A DNA stretch of 64,000 nt from Gammaproteobacteria bacterium (GTDB lineage: Bacteria; Pseudomonadota; Gammaproteobacteria; QZLD01), in the NCBI GenBank assembly GCA_033852155.1, contig JAWSVA010000004.1, positions 7,830 through 71,829 on the forward strand, in the 5' to 3' direction. Every line of letters starts with the position of its first letter. The stretch's first letter is position 1. This document shows positions 60,990 to 64,000 of the stretch, one piece after another. The position numbers were made by a program, and so were the translations under genes. Below the pieces are notes generated by a model. The model had not been told where the DNA came from, searched no databases, and worked only from the letters and a program-made list of their open reading frames with translations.

Positions 60990-61715
60990 GTGGGGCATTT
61001 CATTAGAATGCACGAAAAAGAATTCACAAAGATCACCAACCGCGGGCAATTACGCAATATTTTAGGTCAAATTTGCAATAAAAATGCAATGCTTAATATT
61101 AGCATTGACGGTAGCAATGATATTTTTTCCAGCGCTCTGCTGGACATTAATGAAAAAAAGAAACTTTTAAAATTAGATGAGCTTAACCCTCAAAATGGAC
61201 ATGATCTAATCAAGAAAAGTTCCATACTAAAGGTGCACTGCAGACACTCAGGAAGTGAATCAATATTTAATCTTAAAATTAAAAATATAGGCATAGAAAA
61301 CGATATTTATTATTACCTAGCCTCAATTCCAGCAGAAATTAATCATTATCAACGCCGCAATTCATTACGTGTTTCCCCAGCACTATCTCTTGAGCCTGAA
61401 ATTGTAATTTTCAGCAACGGTTTTCATACACCAGGTAAAATACATAATATTTCATATTCTGGAGTTGGGGGAATTATAGAAGGCCCCTCCATTCCTGAGC
61501 TTGATGAAACATATTCTATACAGATATCATTTAACACCGAAGCACCAATAATAACCCCTATTAGAATAAAGTTTATTGGGGCCGCAGGACACAAAGGCAT
61601 ACGTCGATTTGGAGCTACTTTCACTAACTTAACTCCAGATGATGAGCAAAGAATAACCAACATGATCAATAAAATTCAACGTTACTATATCCGTCGTGGG
61701 AATATCACTACATAG
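60990..61715 (+). CDS. YcgR/FlgZ-like flagellar brake protein (PilZN plus PilZ, predicted c-di-GMP binding)
   Basis: 241 aa. The c-di-GMP switch motif RRNSLR (RxxxR) and NISYSG (N/DxSxxG) are both intact. Its position after flgN matches Pseudomonas FlgZ. Confidence 0.75.
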   Translation: MGHFIRMHEKEFTKITNRGQLRNILGQICNKNAMLNISIDGSNDIFSSALLDINEKKKLLKLDELNPQNGHDLIKKSSILKVHCRHSGSESIFNLKIKNIGIENDIYYYLASIPAEINHYQRRNSLRVSPALSLEPEIVIFSNGFHTPGKIHNISYSGVGGIIEGPSIPELDETYSIQISFNTEAPIITPIRIKFIGAAGHKGIRRFGATFTNLTPDDEQRITNMINKIQRYYIRRGNITT

Positions 61716-61897
61716 CCCCCCTCATTTTTACAAAAAACACATCAAAAATGTGACACGAGTCTCATTTTTAACTATAATTAAATTCCGTAGAAATAATGTT
61801 GTTGAACAAAGGATTAATACGCATTCAACACCGATACGAGCCAATGCGTCAACTCAGCAGCTAACCAACCCGTAAACAGTGATGTTGTGGAAATAAA

Positions 61898-62086
61898 ATG
61901 AACCTAGAAAATATTACAGCAGAACAAATAGCGGCAAACCGCAGAAGTGACCAACGCAGAACAGAGACAGACAGAAGAACAACCTTCCGTTTTTTAATGG
62001 AGAAGCCTAATCGCAGATCAGGAAGAGACAGACGAGCCAATCAAGACATTTGGAGCGAGCAGCTATTTCTACGCACGGGCAACTAA
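61898..62086 (+). CDS. Arginine-rich small hypothetical protein (62 aa), paralogue of the 62326 ORF.
   Basis: It shares the motif N-R-R-x3-R-R-T-x2-D-R-R-x3-R-F with the ORF at 62326. Most differences between the two are synonymous, including switches between the CGN and AGR Arg codon families. That pattern argues for selection at the protein level. Confidence 0.4.
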   Translation: MNLENITAEQIAANRRSDQRRTETDRRTTFRFLMEKPNRRSGRDRRANQDIWSEQLFLRTGN

Positions 62087-62325
62087 ACATAATACTTTAA
62101 TCATTACAACCGTACCATTAACTATGATTTAATATAATTAAAAGTTTTATTGGCACTTAACTTCATAATTACAATAAAAATACTTTTCCAGAATCAACCT
62201 CACCGCACAATAACATTATACTAAGCCCTGAAATTAATTTTAAGAATGGTCTTTTGTAAAGCTTTTTGCTTGCAATTTATTGCTCAGCAGATGCAGTCGG
62301 CAACTAAAGTAAAAATAGAGCTATT

Positions 62326-62439
62326 ATGAAAAACCTTAAAGATATGGTTCTTAATGAGAGTAACCGTAGACTTAGAGAACGGAGGACTAGCTGTGATCGC
62401 AGAAATCACATCAGGTTCGCGCATCAGGTGAGCATCTAA
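62326..62439 (+). CDS. Arginine-rich micro-ORF (37 aa), paralogue of 61898..62086, possibly frameshifted.
   Basis: It reads MKNLKDMVLNESNRRLRERRTSCDRRNHIRFAHQVSI. A second DRR-containing segment (NDRIVYFDRRDKKALLEPEIL) continues in another frame up to 62500. This mirrors the two-DRR layout of the 61898 ORF. Confidence 0.3.
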   Translation: MKNLKDMVLNESNRRLRERRTSCDRRNHIRFAHQVSI

Positions 62440-62505
62440 ACGACCGTATAGTTTATTTTGACCGCAGAGATAAAAAAGCTCTTCTCGAACCTGAAATTCT
62501 ATAAA

Positions 62506-63834
62506 CTAAGCTTTAATTAACTTCTGACAAATTTTGATAACACTCGCTCCTTTTTCTGCAAATGGTTGGCAGTAACAATATCCAACCATACAAGCTATCT
62601 CACCCCCAATATATATTAAAGGTACTGAGCTTCGTTTCCATGGTGGAATTCGATATTCTTGAAATAATTTCTTCACTTCGTGAGAACTATTGCGACCAAA
62701 AGGACGACAACGTTCACCACCTTGACGGTAGCCTATTGAAATATCTTTTCTATCAATACATTTTTTGCTCAATCCAATGCCTGCCTCATCAATAGCAACA
62801 AGGCTATATCGTTCATTTAAAGCAACGGCAGCATTAAGAGTCCAACTCTTTTCCTCAAATAATCCACTGTTTTCTTTAATGGAGTCGAGATACAACATCC
62901 CTTGATAACGGCGTATAATGCCAAAACCCCAGTCTAAAACAGGATTTTTATCTGCTTTTGCATTCAATAAAGACTCAATTCCAGACTCAAATCGATCAGT
63001 ATTTGGCAAAATAATACCGTTATTACGGATCCACAAACGCAAAATATTTTTTTGCTGCACGAAATCAAGCTGCTTTAGCTCTTCAACGCTAATCAAATTC
63101 TCCGCACAGATAAGTTCTAATTGAATGCGAGCCGAACCATCTATTTGCTCACCCGCCTCCTTACAATGATTTACACTGCGCAACAATGCCTTTTTAGCTC
63201 CAGGCCATCGTTTCTCCAGCAGAGGAATAATCTCATTTCGTAATAAATTGCGATCAAAATCAGACTGCTGATTGGTTGGATCTTCAATCCACTTCAACTG
63301 TTCCTGTTTGGCATATGTTTCGAGTTCTTTACGGGAAATTCCTAAAAGCGGCCTAAACAATTTTCCTTCGCCTAGCTTTCTTGACTCAGGAATACCGCTC
63401 AGCCCCTGCACCCCTGCTCCACGCAATGCTTGTTGTAAAAAGGTCTCAACTTGATCATCAGCATGATGCGCAAATAGCATAGTATCTGTGCATTTATTCA
63501 ATAACTGTTCAAATGCGTTATAGCGAGCATTTCTCGCAGATAGTTCAATACTTTCACCAGGGGCTTTTTCAAGATTTAATTTCACTAATTTAAAATTGAT
63601 TTCATAGCTTTCAGCTAACTCACTACACAAATTTGCCCACTGAGAGGAAGCTTCCTGCAGTCCGTGATCAACATGTACAGCAGTGATTTTCTTGTTGGAT
63701 AATTTCTCTGAATTTTCAGCGATTATATGAAGCAAAACCGAGGAATCCAGTCCACCACTAAAAGCAATCCAAATATCACCAACATTTGGATTCAAAAGGA
63801 TTTTATCGATTATTTGTTGATTAACACTTGGCAT
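62506..63834 (-). CDS. tilS: tRNA(Ile)-lysidine synthetase
   Basis: The PP-loop is AFSGGLDSSVLLHI. The likely start is MPSVNQQ at 63834. The track start at 63945 adds a hydrophobic 37-aa extension with no counterpart in known TilS proteins. Confidence 0.85.
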   Translation of the reverse strand: MPSVNQQIIDKILLNPNVGDIWIAFSGGLDSSVLLHIIAENSEKLSNKKITAVHVDHGLQEASSQWANLCSELAESYEINFKLVKLNLEKAPGESIELSARNARYNAFEQLLNKCTDTMLFAHHADDQVETFLQQALRGAGVQGLSGIPESRKLGEGKLFRPLLGISRKELETYAKQEQLKWIEDPTNQQSDFDRNLLRNEIIPLLEKRWPGAKKALLRSVNHCKEAGEQIDGSARIQLELICAENLISVEELKQLDFVQQKNILRLWIRNNGIILPNTDRFESGIESLLNAKADKNPVLDWGFGIIRRYQGMLYLDSIKENSGLFEEKSWTLNAAVALNERYSLVAIDEAGIGLSKKCIDRKDISIGYRQGGERCRPFGRNSSHEVKKLFQEYRIPPWKRSSVPLIYIGGEIACMVGYCYCQPFAEKGASVIKICQKLIKA

Positions 63835-64000
63835 ATGCAAACAAGTCAACTTGAAAATAAATATATAACAATTGATATAGTGGATTCTGAGCCATGAGAA
63901 GAAATTATTCCAGCATCTATCTAATAAAACAAACAGTCCTACCAAAATAATTTAACCGCATGTAATAATTAAGTCATCATAAAAAAGGTAAGCCTAAAGC

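Noticed and set aside
1-64000. CRISPR arrays, prophage, IS elements, toxin-antitoxin pairs and restriction-modification genes.
   Set aside because: I saw no regularly spaced direct repeats with unique spacers. I saw no integrase, transposase, capsid or terminase genes and no small adjacent toxin/antitoxin-like ORF pairs.

Overview
This 64 kb window is AT-rich gammaproteobacterial chromosome. Its housekeeping synteny resembles Pseudomonas and E. coli, with the block rne-rluC-sppA-maf-yceD-rpmF-plsX-fabHDG-acpP-fabF-pabC-mltG-tmk-holB-pilZ-tatD present in inverted orientation. Three blocks stand out.

(1) Positions 1-22258 are a single-strand ~22 kb exopolysaccharide locus on the minus strand, built around an exosortase A (XrtA) / PEP-CTERM protein-sorting system. 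It contains:
- an XrtA-EpsI fusion;
- one PEP-CTERM cargo gene with its own candidate sigma-54 promoter and terminator;
- the PrsT TPR lipoprotein;
- a Wza-like exporter, a split Wzc-like co-polymerase/tyrosine-kinase pair and an outer-membrane barrel;
- an ExeA-like ATPase and WecB;
- two NodB deacetylases, a FemAB-like protein and an AsnB-like amidotransferase;
- three GT4 glycosyltransferases and a Wzy_C/O-antigen-ligase-like protein.
This sortase-analogous system is the most notable content of the window.

(2) Positions 23366-58000 are core genes: fbaB, a large acidic hypothetical, xthA, sspAB, nif3, a DegS/AlgW-like protease, rarA-lolA, the fab/pls cluster including rpmF (missed by the ORF track), rne followed by tRNA-Arg(CCU), and a cNMP-binding/HDOD protein.

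(3) Positions 55232-63834 are motility and chemotaxis genes: an ABC-F ATPase, cheR, cheV, flgA, and flgM with a textbook sigma-28 promoter, then flgN, a YcgR/FlgZ-like PilZ brake and tilS.

Other observations:
- a composite inverted-repeat/direct-repeat extragenic element lies inside the EPS operon, with a degenerate copy 33 kb away;
- a secreted protein made of two tandem ~90 aa domains sits at the head of the EPS locus;
- two paralogous arginine-rich micro-ORFs lie downstream of flgZ, one apparently frameshifted;
- several strong bidirectional terminators are present.

No CRISPR array, integrase, transposase or phage genes were seen. All calls are made by eye from motifs and synteny; no database searches were run.
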